Source: Patescibacteria group bacterium
Lineage (GTDB): Bacteria > Patescibacteriota > SICC01
Direction: 5' to 3'
Length of the DNA: 64,000 nt
NCBI GenBank assembly: GCA_040902515.1
Contig: JBBDXB010000006.1
Span: forward strand, 574,017 to 638,016
Part shown: positions 49,610 to 59,340 of the stretch, one piece after another
Layout of the letters: every line of letters starts with the position of its first letter
How positions within the stretch are numbered: the stretch's first letter is position 1
The notes under the pieces: generated by a model
Seen by the model: only the letters and a program-made list of their open reading frames with translations
The model's database searches: none
Told to the model about the DNA's origin: nothing
Position numbers and translations under genes: made by a program

Positions 49610-49636
49610 AGCGGCCCGCCTCACGGCGGGCCGCTT
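49610..49636 (+). terminator. GC-rich hairpin, likely terminator
   Basis: AGCGGCCCGCC-TCAC-GGCGGGCCGCT followed by TGTATGT. Confidence 0.55.
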
Positions 49637-49738
49637 GTATGTGTAGCACGGTTTCAAGCTCCTGATGTGCGGCCTCGACCGACCGCCCGCTGCACTGTCG
49701 GCTTGCATTTTCGGTCCGGCGGAGGACAATCAGGGCAG

Positions 49739-50083
49739 ATGCCCGCGAAGAAACCAGCCGCGAACGCGAAGAAGAAGCCTGCCAAGAAGCCGGCGGCGAA
49801 GAAAGTCGCGCCTGCGAGTACCAAGCCCAAGGCCGAGAAGCCGATCGGGCGGGTGACGCATTACTTCGACAAGGTGAAGGTCGCGGTAATCAGCCTGGAG
49901 AAAGGCAAGGGGCTCAAGGTCGGCGATACCGTGCGGATCGAGGGTGGCGACCTCGACTACGAGCAGAAGATTGAGTCGCTCCAGGTTGACCACGAGGCGG
50001 TGAAGTCGGTGAAGGCTGGCGATGACTTCGGGACCAAGGTGAAGAAGAAGGTCCACGAAGGCTATCGCGTCTACAAGACCTAG
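49739..50083 (+). CDS. Small beta-barrel protein (EF-Tu domain II/U32 C-terminal-like) with Lys/Ala-rich N-tail
   Basis: PAKKPAANAKKK tail; IGRVTHYFDKVKVA...LKVGD...KAGDDFGTKV. Confidence 0.8.
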   Translation: MPAKKPAANAKKKPAKKPAAKKVAPASTKPKAEKPIGRVTHYFDKVKVAVISLEKGKGLKVGDTVRIEGGDLDYEQKIESLQVDHEAVKSVKAGDDFGTKVKKKVHEGYRVYKT

Positions 50084-50154
50084 GGTTGCAAAAGTAGCTT
50101 CATTATGAGTATTATGGGCGGGTCCCGTTAACAATCCGCTCTAGGAGGTTTTGC

Positions 50155-50592
50155 GTGAAGAAGCGCATGTCGTTCCTGATGGTCCTCGTGGCCGCACTCG
50201 TCGTGGCGCTCACCGCCGCGCCGGCATTCGCCGGTACGACGGTGCCCGGTCACGACCCCAACAAGCACCCCGATCGCATCGACGCCGACGGCAACGGCTA
50301 TCCCGACGAGGGAGTCACCGTCAACGGTCACTACACGCTCGAGCAGTCCGGCTGCTCGTACGTGGTGAACTACCGCGGCAACTTCGAGAACGATCCCTAT
50401 CTCGACAGCGGTTCCATCTACAACAACATCCGCTGCCCCGATGGAACGTACAACTACCTGATCGTCCATGAGACGGACCCGCGCTACCGCGGCAATCCCG
50501 ACTGGTCGATCTGGGGGACGTGGGAGATCCGCGTGCTGACGGTGTCCGGAGAGGGCAACCTCGTCAGACCGGAGAACCACGTCGGTTCCTGA
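50155..50592 (+). CDS. Secreted hypothetical protein
   Basis: Signal peptide ending AFA; DADGNGYPD Ca-binding-like loop; SD AGGAGG. Confidence 0.8.
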   Translation: MKKRMSFLMVLVAALVVALTAAPAFAGTTVPGHDPNKHPDRIDADGNGYPDEGVTVNGHYTLEQSGCSYVVNYRGNFENDPYLDSGSIYNNIRCPDGTYNYLIVHETDPRYRGNPDWSIWGTWEIRVLTVSGEGNLVRPENHVGS

Positions 50593-50730
50593 CCGACCCG
50601 ACCTGACGTACCGGCCATCCGGCCACTGAACACCTAGGGCGAACGCCTGCCGATCAATCCATCACCTCGATGAATCCGGCAGGCGTTTTCCCATACCCGC
50701 GTGCCGGTACGCGCCGTATACTGGAAGTAT

Positions 50731-50804
50731 TCGGGGATCGTCTAATGGTAGGACGCCAGGTTTTGGTCCTGGAAATCGGGGTTCGAATCCCTGTCCCCGA
50801 GCCA
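50731..50804 (+). tRNA. tRNA-Gln(UUG) with encoded CCA
   Basis: TCGGGGA/TCCCCGA acceptor; CCAGG-TTTTGGT-CCTGG anticodon arm; GGTTCGAATCC. Confidence 0.96.
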
Positions 50805-50821
50805 TGCATACCGAACGCGCC

Positions 50822-51301
50822 ATGCCCGAGAAGAAACTCATCGTAGTCTCGTTCTTCGAGGACCTGGAGCCGGGGTACCGGTTTCCGGCCGGTGACTGGC
50901 CGGTACATCTGACGTTGCTCCTCCCGTTCGGCATCGAAGAAACATCGGTCAGTGACCTCGAAGCGAGGCTCGCGGATGTCTTCGCGCGGCAGGATCCGGT
51001 CGAAGTCGTATGCGAAGAAGCGGTCCAGTTCGGCCCGCAAGGGAATACCCCCGTTACCACCGTCCGTCGCAGCGCCGAGCTGCAGTCCCTCCACGATGCG
51101 TTGCTGGAGCTCATCGACGAACGTGGCGCCTCGTATGATCCGCGATGGTCGGGCGGGGAATACCGTCCCCACGTGACCCGTCAAGCCCGCGGCGCGATGG
51201 AGCCGGGAGAATCCGCGGAACTGCGCTCAGCTTCTTTGCTTGATTACGAGGAGACTACACGGACCATTCGGCGGACGTACCCGTTCGGTGCGGGTTCCTG
51301 A
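50822..51301 (+). CDS. 2H phosphoesterase (2'-5' RNA ligase-like)
   Basis: Two HxT motifs: PVHLTL and PHVT. Confidence 0.85.
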   Translation: MPEKKLIVVSFFEDLEPGYRFPAGDWPVHLTLLLPFGIEETSVSDLEARLADVFARQDPVEVVCEEAVQFGPQGNTPVTTVRRSAELQSLHDALLELIDERGASYDPRWSGGEYRPHVTRQARGAMEPGESAELRSASLLDYEETTRTIRRTYPFGAGS

Positions 51302-51315
51302 CGTCTGTAACAGTT

Positions 51316-51431
51316 TTGATACACACCTTAACCAAGGTACAATCTAACGTTCATTAACAAATCGCTACTTGCGGCCGTAGCGTTGAGGATTCGAGTTTCG
51401 TTTCTTCACCGCTACGGCTAGTACAGCGTGG
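51316..51431 (+). ncRNA. Promoter + conserved structured leader RNA, copy A
   Basis: TTGATA-16-TACAAT, GTTCATTAACA, GCGGCCGTAGCG...CGCTACGGCTAGTACAGCGTGG; shared with 59957-60077. Confidence 0.7.
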
Positions 51432-51497
51432 TATCCCATCAACGATGGTGAATCTGGGGCCCGATCGGGTGAGGGATTTGCCGGAGAGGAGCCAGCA

Positions 51498-52145
51498 ATG
51501 GCTAGGAAGGACCCGTCAGATATCGTGAGCGGAGCGGGGATGCTGACCAGCATCTTCACCAAGCTCGACAAGGCCGTGACCGCGGCCGGAGGCAGGCCCA
51601 AGGACATCCACCGGCTTGCCACCGACGAGGGTGACGCGCTGCTCACGCAGTTCGCCGAGCTGCTCGTGGTCAAGCAGGCCGGGGACAAGTACGTGATCAC
51701 CGTCAACTACGGCGAGCAGCTCAAGACGCTGATCGTCGACGGCGGTTACAACTGGGTCAACGACTACTACGAGGGCCAGACCTGGGACGACTGGAAACAG
51801 CAGGACGGAGTGACCCCTGTAATGTTCCCGTCCTGTCGCACGGTCGAGACTGAGGCCGTCGTCGTCCATCTCGACCGCTACGCCGAGACCGGCGAGGTGC
51901 TGGTGGAGCTCGACTTTCGGGGTCTCCGGCCCGCCGACGTAGCGGAGCTCTTGAGCTTCGGAGTCGCACACCCTGAGGTCCAGCGCGAGTTCCGGATCAT
52001 CGAGCTCGGCTCGATCTTGGGGGACCCGTATGGCAGCCGCTACGTGGCGTCTCTGTGGAGCGACTCCGGCCGGCGCTACCTCGACCTCTACTGGTACGAC
52101 GACCGGTGGGCTCCGGGCTGCCGGTTCCTCGCCTTCGGCAAGTAG
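51498..52145 (+). CDS. Hypothetical protein with DGR-target-like (CLec-type) variable C-terminus, paralog A
   Basis: GLRPADVAELLSF core; C-terminus DPYGSRYVASLWSDSGRRYLDLYWYDDRWAPGCRFLAFGK. Confidence 0.75.
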   Translation: MARKDPSDIVSGAGMLTSIFTKLDKAVTAAGGRPKDIHRLATDEGDALLTQFAELLVVKQAGDKYVITVNYGEQLKTLIVDGGYNWVNDYYEGQTWDDWKQQDGVTPVMFPSCRTVETEAVVVHLDRYAETGEVLVELDFRGLRPADVAELLSFGVAHPEVQREFRIIELGSILGDPYGSRYVASLWSDSGRRYLDLYWYDDRWAPGCRFLAFGK

Positions 52146-52207
52146 CCGCACTTGGGCCTTTGGGCGTTTGGCACTTCGTGCCCCTGCCCCTTGGACCCTC
52201 CGCATTT

Positions 52208-52239
52208 TGACCTGCCCGGCCTCGGTGCCGGGCAGGTCA
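52208..52239. repeat. Perfect 13-bp inverted repeat downstream of paralog A
   Basis: TGACCTGCCCGGC-CTCGGT-GCCGGGCAGGTCA, no U-tail on +. Confidence 0.8.
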
Positions 52240-52451
52240 CCTCCGGATGCAGACAGACTCGTCGATTGTATTCAGAAACCCTGGATCTTGCCCGAATCTC
52301 TGTTAGCACACCGGCACCGAAGCGCTCACGAAAACACCCCGTTTTCACCCGAGCGCTTCTTTTAATTGGACGTATCAAGCGAGAGGGCTTTTATGTTGAG
52401 CCAATGGTCAAGGAATCCTGATTTCCGCGCCATTTCTGCTTAAATAGGACC

Positions 52452-53009
52452 GTGCCGAAAGAAACACTGATCGCCCTGGACCGGACCACCAGCTACCGGG
52501 TCCGGACCCATCCCCGGGCCAAGCACGTCCGGATCACCATCCAGCCGGGCGGTGACGTGGTCGTGACCAAGCCGCGGCGCGTCACGCTGTGGGCCGTCCG
52601 CCGGTTCGTTAAGGCGAAACGTGGTTGGATTACCACGGCCCGGGCCCGGCGGCAGGAGAGTCCGGTGCCGGAAATCCTTGAGCCTTCACGCGAGCACTAC
52701 CTGGCGCACCGCAAGGCTGCCCGCGATCTCCTCACTACCCGCGCCGACCACTGGGCCGCCCATCTCGGTTACCGCTACCGGCGGCTGTCCGTCCGGCGCG
52801 TGACCTCGCGGTGGGGGAGCTGCTCGCGCGGCGGCGGCCTCAGCTTCAACTACAAGCTCCTGTTCCTGCCGGCGCGGCTCGTCGATTACGTGGTCGTGCA
52901 CGAGCTGTGCCACCTCCGTGAACTCAACCACTCGCCGCGGTTCTGGGCGCTGGTCGGAGAGGCGCTTCCCGACTACGAGCGGCTCCGAGTCGAGCTGCGG
53001 AAACTGTAG
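52452..53009 (+). CDS. YgjP/DUF45-like zinc metallopeptidase
   Basis: RWGSCS, DYVVVHELCH, NHSPRFW. Confidence 0.9.
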   Translation: MPKETLIALDRTTSYRVRTHPRAKHVRITIQPGGDVVVTKPRRVTLWAVRRFVKAKRGWITTARARRQESPVPEILEPSREHYLAHRKAARDLLTTRADHWAAHLGYRYRRLSVRRVTSRWGSCSRGGGLSFNYKLLFLPARLVDYVVVHELCHLRELNHSPRFWALVGEALPDYERLRVELRKL

Positions 53010-53090
53010 GTTCACGTCGGCGCCAAGCTCTAAAAACTTGATAATCATGCCATTTTGTGGTATATTTACTGAATTTAGTAAAACCAAAAA

Positions 53091-55190
53091 ATGGCAGAAC
53101 AAGCCGAAAACAGGAGCCAGGTTGAACATTCCGTTGACCTGGACAAGGAGCGGGAAGCGCAGAAGAACGTCGCGGAACGCTTGCGCTCTGACCACTCCCT
53201 GCAGGCGATGCTTAGTTGGGTGCGCCATACACCGGAAGTGTTTTCCGAGGTGTATGACTTCGTTTCCCGTAAAGAGGAACTTCTAGAAGGGAGCACCCTC
53301 GAGGGCCAGAAGCATCGTGAGTACACCCCCGTGCTCGCGGGTGTCATGAACTCCGAGCGGGGGAGCGAGGTGATGGACATGGCCATAGACCGGTCGGTCG
53401 AGGAGCAAACGGCCGAGATCAAGGAACGGCTCAGGACGGGGGATTGCTATGTCCGGGAATTGGTAGTCGGAAGCGGTCCTCATGCCCAGATCTACAATGC
53501 CGAAAAGGCGGTCGCCAACCCGGGTCACGCCGGGTTGACCGTAGAGCGGGACCGACGGATCGGCGGGCAGTTCGCACTGGCCGAGTCGCCGGTATGGCAT
53601 CTCAACACCCGCACCCGCCCGGAAGACGCACTGTCCGCGCATTTGCCCGGAACTGAAGGCAGCTTGAATACGTTAGGCCGGGGTGCCGTGCAGCAATCGG
53701 ATTTGACCGGTGAGGCATACGGGAGCCAGGACCGTCTGGCTGATGCCGTTCGTATCAATCACGCGTTGGTCAGCCGGGTCATGAACCGGACCGAGGTAAC
53801 GGCAATCCGGGATGGAATGGAGGACTTGCCCGGCAAAATGCAGGTCGAGATGCGGGATACCCAAACGGGGGAAATCTTCTTTATCCAGACCGACCGGGTC
53901 GTGCTGACGACCGGCTTAGGGGAGTCGCGTACGGGGTTGGAACAGGCGGACCGGGCCAGCCAGGACCTGGTAGCCCGGAACATGGAGGAGTTCGAAAAGA
54001 CGGGCAAGGCGAAGATCATGTTGCTCGAACAGGCCGTGCAGATGCTTGGTGACAAGCATAACCCGTTCCCCCTGCGCGACATGGGGGAAGTTGGCGTTAT
54101 CGGCCCTGGCGACTCGGGTGCGATCGTAGCGGAGTACCTGCTCGGCTATGGCCCCAAGCCCCGCAAGTCGGTGGCCGCCCTGGACAGGGTCAAAAGCGTC
54201 CGCTGGGTGGGCCAAAAAAGCGAAACCCGCGAAGACTTCGACGTACGGCAACGGTATAAGATGCTCGGACTCGAGATGCCGCGCAAGCACGCTCCTGACT
54301 ATGCGACACGAATTGAACCGGCCGAGGGCCGGTGCTTCAAGATCGAAGAAGAGGGTGACAAGCTCCGGATGCATTACCGGAACAAAGCTGGTGAGCAGTC
54401 CAGTTGTGTCGTCGACCATATCATTCTGGCTACCGGATACGTGGATAAGACCGATGAGATTATGCAGGTGGGGTCGGCTCGAAAGAAAGAGGAAGAGACT
54501 GTCTTTGCCGAGACTGGCCTGCCGGTGGCCCAGCGGTATGCGGGGACGGAGGTCTATAAAGCCGGGCCGAGTTCACAGATGGAGCTCTCGGAGCAGAACC
54601 GGAACGGCTCTCCGGCCATGCAGCGGATGGATGTCCGCAAAACGGTCGCGGTATGGGCGTTCGCGGAGGAAACGGAGTCCTTGGCTCGTCTGCTTGCCCG
54701 GAAAGACATCGAAGAGGGAAATCCGGAAGATATTTTGACCGAGCTGAAGTCGCCTGATCCCGTACCGATGCCAGAATTGCAGCCGACCGAAAAGGCGTCC
54801 CCGCTGTTCGTGCCGATACAGGAGATGCCCTCTCGCGACCGTCTTCCGGCGGGGGTTAACGGTGAAGACGTGCTGAGATTCACGGCCGGCGAATACTTGG
54901 CAAAGTATTCGTTCCCCGAATCTACCAAGGGATTCCGGTTGTCGGTTGAGCGGGCCAAGAACGGTGCCCCGCAGTTCAGGGTGGATATCACACCGGGTTC
55001 GGCGTGCGAACAGGAGGAGTACTGTCAGATGCTTCGCGACCTGATGGGTGACCGGGTTATGCAAGATATGCTCCAGCGTTTGACGGAGAAACGGGTCAGC
55101 CGGCAGCAGCGGGTAGACATCGATATCCCGATGAAGGACGGCCATGTAGTGCCGGAGAGCATCGAATACCACATTCCTCGGTCGCACTGA
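53091..55190 (+). CDS. Large hypothetical protein with FAD/NAD(P)-binding oxidoreductase-like core
   Basis: LVVGSGP, VVLTTGLG, VIGPGDSG, IILATGY motifs; AT-rich upstream region. Confidence 0.65.
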   Translation: MAEQAENRSQVEHSVDLDKEREAQKNVAERLRSDHSLQAMLSWVRHTPEVFSEVYDFVSRKEELLEGSTLEGQKHREYTPVLAGVMNSERGSEVMDMAIDRSVEEQTAEIKERLRTGDCYVRELVVGSGPHAQIYNAEKAVANPGHAGLTVERDRRIGGQFALAESPVWHLNTRTRPEDALSAHLPGTEGSLNTLGRGAVQQSDLTGEAYGSQDRLADAVRINHALVSRVMNRTEVTAIRDGMEDLPGKMQVEMRDTQTGEIFFIQTDRVVLTTGLGESRTGLEQADRASQDLVARNMEEFEKTGKAKIMLLEQAVQMLGDKHNPFPLRDMGEVGVIGPGDSGAIVAEYLLGYGPKPRKSVAALDRVKSVRWVGQKSETREDFDVRQRYKMLGLEMPRKHAPDYATRIEPAEGRCFKIEEEGDKLRMHYRNKAGEQSSCVVDHIILATGYVDKTDEIMQVGSARKKEEETVFAETGLPVAQRYAGTEVYKAGPSSQMELSEQNRNGSPAMQRMDVRKTVAVWAFAEETESLARLLARKDIEEGNPEDILTELKSPDPVPMPELQPTEKASPLFVPIQEMPSRDRLPAGVNGEDVLRFTAGEYLAKYSFPESTKGFRLSVERAKNGAPQFRVDITPGSACEQEEYCQMLRDLMGDRVMQDMLQRLTEKRVSRQQRVDIDIPMKDGHVVPESIEYHIPRSH

Positions 55191-55269
55191 GCGGCTCTTC
55201 GGCACCGGTTAACGAAGGCGCCACCTTGCTTCCGCGCCAAACGCGGGTTTTTTGCGTAGACTAGAGCTT

Positions 55270-57087
55270 ATGCGCCAGCCGCACGACATCCGGAACATCG
55301 CGATCATCGCTCACGTGGACCACGGCAAGACCACGCTGGTCGATGGTTTACTCAAGCAGTCCAAGACGTTCCGCGACAACCAGGCTGAGATGGACGCCAG
55401 CCTGATCCTCGATACCGGCGATTTGGAGCGTGAGCGCGGCATCACCATTTCTGCCAAGACGGCGGCGGTGGAGTACGAGGGAACCAAGATCAACATCATC
55501 GACACGCCCGGTCACGCCGACTTCTCCGGCGAGGTGGAGCGGACGCTCGGGATGGCGGACGGTGTGATCCTGGTGGTGGACGCCCAGGAGGGGCCGATGC
55601 CGCAGACCACGTTCGTGCTAAAGAAGGCGCTCGCGCTCGGCCTGAAGCCGATCGTCGTGCTCAACAAGGTGGACAAGCCCAACGCCCGGACCGAGAAAGC
55701 CAAGGACGAGGTGGAGCACCTCTTCCTGGACCTAGCCGTCTCGGACGACCAGCTCGACTTCCCGACGTATTACGCGGTCGCGCGGGAGGGGAAGGTTTGG
55801 AGCGAGCCGCCGGCCAGTCCGGACGACCCGGCAGATCTCCAGCCGATCTTCAAGGCGATCCTGGAGCATGTACCCGCGCCGCCGGGCGATCCGGACGGGC
55901 CGTTCCAGATGCAGGTATCCGCGCTGGCGTGGGATTCGTTCCAGGGCACGTACGCGATCGGGCGGATCCAGCGGGGGAGCGTGCAGAAGAACGATCCGGT
56001 GGCGCGGATCGCTACGGACGGCAGCGTCACGCCGGCCAAGGCGGCGAAGATCTTCATCTCCAAAGGACTCGGCCGGACGGAAGAGGCAGCGGCCGGAACC
56101 GGCGAAATTGTGCAGCTTACCGGTATCGAGGGCGTGATGATCGGCGAGACGATCACCAGTCCCGACCGGCCCGACCCGCTTCCGGCGATGGAGATCGAAG
56201 CGCCGACCCTGAAGATCGCGATCGGTCCCAACACCTCGCCGTTCTCCGGCAAAGAGGGGAAGTTCTCGACGTCGCGGCAGATCGGGGCGCGCCTCGAGAA
56301 GGAACTGGAGACCAACGTGGCGCTGCGGGTCGAGGAGCAGGGAGCCTCGTTCATGGTGTCCGGCCGCGGCGAGCTTCACCTTTCGATCCTGATCGAGACG
56401 CTGCGGCGCGAAGGATTCGAGCTGGAGGTCAGCCGGCCGCAGGTCGTCACCAGGGAGGAAGACGGAAAGGTGCTGGAACCGGTAGAGGACGTGATCATCG
56501 AGGTGCCGGAGGAATACACCGGCGCGGTCACCACGGAGCTGGGCCGGCGGAAAGCGCAGCTCCAGGAGATGCAGCCGACCGCCAAGGGGGTCACCCGGTT
56601 CACGTACAAGCTCTCCACGAACGCCCTGCTCGGGCTGCGCAACGCCCTGCTGACCGCCACCAAGGGGACCGTGGTGATGAACAGCCTGTTGGCCGGGTAC
56701 GAACCGCAGAAGCCGCCGCTGGAGAAGCTCCGTAACGGCGTGCTGATCTCCGCCCAGACCGGCACCGCCGTCACCTATGGCCTGCTGGTGGTCGAGGAGC
56801 GGGGGACCGCCTTCATCGGTCCCGGTACCAAGGTGTACGAGGGGATGATCATCGGTCTGAACCGCCGGAGCGACGACATGGAGATCAACGCCTGTAAGGA
56901 GAAGAAGCTGACCAACGTGCGGGCCAGCGGGACGGACATGACCACCCAGCTGACGCCGTATACCGAGCTCAGCTTGGAGGAAGCGCTCGACTTCATCGAG
57001 ACCGACGAGCTGCTGGAGGTGACGCCCCAGTCGCTACGCATGCGGAAGCGCCATCTGACGGAACTCGACCGGCGGCGGAACCGATAG
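55270..57087 (+). CDS. typA: Translational GTPase TypA/BipA
   Basis: RNIAIIAHVDHGKTT, DTPGHADF, GRGELHL, KKLTNVRA, LEVTP. Confidence 0.97.
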   Translation: MRQPHDIRNIAIIAHVDHGKTTLVDGLLKQSKTFRDNQAEMDASLILDTGDLERERGITISAKTAAVEYEGTKINIIDTPGHADFSGEVERTLGMADGVILVVDAQEGPMPQTTFVLKKALALGLKPIVVLNKVDKPNARTEKAKDEVEHLFLDLAVSDDQLDFPTYYAVAREGKVWSEPPASPDDPADLQPIFKAILEHVPAPPGDPDGPFQMQVSALAWDSFQGTYAIGRIQRGSVQKNDPVARIATDGSVTPAKAAKIFISKGLGRTEEAAAGTGEIVQLTGIEGVMIGETITSPDRPDPLPAMEIEAPTLKIAIGPNTSPFSGKEGKFSTSRQIGARLEKELETNVALRVEEQGASFMVSGRGELHLSILIETLRREGFELEVSRPQVVTREEDGKVLEPVEDVIIEVPEEYTGAVTTELGRRKAQLQEMQPTAKGVTRFTYKLSTNALLGLRNALLTATKGTVVMNSLLAGYEPQKPPLEKLRNGVLISAQTGTAVTYGLLVVEERGTAFIGPGTKVYEGMIIGLNRRSDDMEINACKEKKLTNVRASGTDMTTQLTPYTELSLEEALDFIETDELLEVTPQSLRMRKRHLTELDRRRNR

Positions 57088-57105
57088 CCTGTTTTTCATA
57101 AAAAA

Positions 57106-57151
57106 CACCCCCTGACTCTTGTCCTTGCGGACGTTGGTGAGCCAGGGGGTG
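57106..57151. repeat. 46-bp structured repeat, copy 1
   Basis: CACCCCCTGACTCTTGTCCTTGCGGACGTTGGTGAGCCAGGGGGTG; 43/46 identical to 59341-59386. Confidence 0.9.
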
Positions 57152-57155
57152 GTGG

Positions 57156-58364
57156 TTATGGGTGGGGATGTATGCCGAAGTCGGGGGCGTAGGATGTGTA
57201 CGATCCTCCGGCAATACGGCCGACCACCGAATCGGACCGTGACGGCGTGTAGTACTCGAGCGTATTTTCCTCCACGCCCAGGCCTTCATGGGGCGGCCAC
57301 TCGATGTTGAGGTAGACATCGGCCCCACGACGTGGGAACCGCAACCGTCCATTGGCAGCTGCGACATCCTTGAGCCTGTCACCGACGCCCATACCGTAAC
57401 GGTCACGGTACTGACGGCTGGTGGTCGAATACGCCGAAACATAGAGCCGGTTCCTGTTCTTACTGACTCCTTCGAGCTTGTCGCCCTGGACGAACACGAC
57501 AGCGACCAGTCCTCCGTCGGTCTCATAGAATGCAGACCTAGATTTCCCCAATCTGTCGAATGGGTATGGGTATGCCTGGGTATCCCTCGGCAGCCCCCAA
57601 ATCGCGTTCACCCGGTCATAGTCCATATGTACCTTGATCGGTCCGATCCGGTGAGGCGTAACGAGGAACTCGGGAGGTGGAGCACTTTGCCGGGCCTGCT
57701 GGATTACCGCCTGCCGTCGCTGCTGCCCCTCGGTCAGTTCAGGTGTCCCGGAATCGCCTCCGGACACCTGGAATCCGAACCAGATCAGGAATATCATTCC
57801 TGTGATAAACCCGAGTTGGCCCCACTTGATGCGGCTCGGCCGCTGCCGGCCCGGTACCGGACGCGCCTGCGTCGGCCGGGGTTGTCTGGGCCGGGGTTGT
57901 CTCGGTCGTCCAGAGGGCCCCGGACCCGGCTGTCGCCGAGCCTGCTGCCGCTGTCGAGCCTGCTGCCGCTGTCGCGGTGGCGGCGCCTGGCCCGGCCGCG
58001 GCGGGGTGGTTCCGCCGGGCGTCCCCGTTCCGCCGAACCGCTGGTAGGCCGCCTCGTGCTCATCGTCCCATTCGGGATCGTCCGGCGGGTCCGGCTTCGG
58101 CGTGGCGTGGCCCGGACCCGGCTGCCCGCCGTTCGGCGTGGCTCCGGTTCCGGCATCTTGCGCGGCGTCGTACTGCTTGCGCCGCTCCGGGTCGGACAGG
58201 ACGGCGTACGCCTCCTGCACGGCCTTGAAGCGCTCCTCGGCGAACTCGTCGCCGGGGTTCGCGTCGGGGTGGTCGCGGCGTACCGCGGCGCGGTACGCCT
58301 TCTTGATCGCTTCCTCCGTCGCATCCTTCGGAACACCGAGGATGCCGTAGTAGCTGCTGGCCAT
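57156..58364 (-). CDS. J-domain membrane protein (DnaJ domain, Pro/Gln/Arg linker, TM, C-terminal domain)
   Basis: YYGILGV...AYR...HPD...[15 protein letters not shown]; [17 protein letters not shown]. Confidence 0.85.
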   Translation of the reverse strand: MASSYYGILGVPKDATEEAIKKAYRAAVRRDHPDANPGDEFAEERFKAVQEAYAVLSDPERRKQYDAAQDAGTGATPNGGQPGPGHATPKPDPPDDPEWDDEHEAAYQRFGGTGTPGGTTPPRPGQAPPPRQRQQARQRQQARRQPGPGPSGRPRQPRPRQPRPTQARPVPGRQRPSRIKWGQLGFITGMIFLIWFGFQVSGGDSGTPELTEGQQRRQAVIQQARQSAPPPEFLVTPHRIGPIKVHMDYDRVNAIWGLPRDTQAYPYPFDRLGKSRSAFYETDGGLVAVVFVQGDKLEGVSKNRNRLYVSAYSTTSRQYRDRYGMGVGDRLKDVAAANGRLRFPRRGADVYLNIEWPPHEGLGVEENTLEYYTPSRSDSVVGRIAGGSYTSYAPDFGIHPHP

Positions 58365-58522
58365 GGGACCGTACCTCCTCGGTATCTGGTTTTCCGGATT
58401 GTTAAGGGCCGACCTGTCGGCTGGTTATTGTATGCGAGGGGTGGATGCTTGGCAATTTTCCCCAGCCTACGCTACAATCACTTGCCATACTGGCACCTTT
58501 ACAATCCGACAGAAAGGCACGC

Positions 58523-59320
58523 ATGAAAACGCAACGTGACATCGCGCGGCTGCTCGTGGACTCCAGCGCCCAAGGAACGCTTAGCGCCGACTCGCTTCGG
58601 GCGCTGCAGGACATCCCGGGCGTTCAGCATGAGGTCGGGCGGTCGCTCGGGGACTCCGTTCCCGAAGACCTCAACGATCTGCTCCTTCTCTCCATCCTGG
58701 TCGACGACTCGGGCTCGATCGCCTGGGCGAAGAACACCCGGGCGGTCCAGAACGGGCACAACCGGGTCGTCCAGGTGGTCCTGGAGGCGGGTATCGCCCG
58801 GAACGTGCTGCTCCAGACGCGGTTCCTGAACGGCAAGGTCGTGAACCCATATGTGCCGCTGCTCAAGGCCGACCCGCTCGACAGCGGCAACTACGGTGAG
58901 CACGAGTTCGGCGGGACGCCGCTGTACGAGCAATCGGTGGTCCTGCTCGGGTCCGTCGCCGCCAAGACCCGCGAGCTCGAGGCGAAGGGCAAGTCCGCCC
59001 GGAGCATCACGCTGATCATCACCGACGGTGACGACCAGCATTCAGGAAAGATCACCGCCGGGCACGTCGCCTGGTTGGCGAACGACCTCAGGCGCAGCAA
59101 GCGGCACATCGTCGCCGGCATGGGCGTCGAGGATGGCAGCACCAACTTCCGGAGGATCTTCCGGGAGATGGGCATCCCCGACAAGTGGCACCTGACCCCG
59201 AACGCCGATCCGTCGGCGATCATCCAGGCGTTCAAGGATTTCGGAGAGGCGGCTGCCAAGGCCAGCATCGACCCGGCATCCTTCGAGCGTCTCGCGTTGG
59301 GACCCGGCTTCTCGCAGTGA
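58523..59320 (+). CDS. vWA-domain protein
   Basis: MIDAS DDSGS, GGTPLY, IITDG. Confidence 0.85.
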   Translation: MKTQRDIARLLVDSSAQGTLSADSLRALQDIPGVQHEVGRSLGDSVPEDLNDLLLLSILVDDSGSIAWAKNTRAVQNGHNRVVQVVLEAGIARNVLLQTRFLNGKVVNPYVPLLKADPLDSGNYGEHEFGGTPLYEQSVVLLGSVAAKTRELEAKGKSARSITLIITDGDDQHSGKITAGHVAWLANDLRRSKRHIVAGMGVEDGSTNFRRIFREMGIPDKWHLTPNADPSAIIQAFKDFGEAAAKASIDPASFERLALGPGFSQ

Positions 59321-59340
59321 GAACCGACCCATACGTACTA

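Noticed and set aside
49603-49645. Hammerhead ribozyme (CTGATGA followed by a strong stem)
   Set aside because: No GAAA after stem II and no stems I/III; a terminator-like hairpin explains it.
50731-55200. Integrative island at tRNA-Gln
   Set aside because: No integrase and no duplicated tRNA 3' end found.
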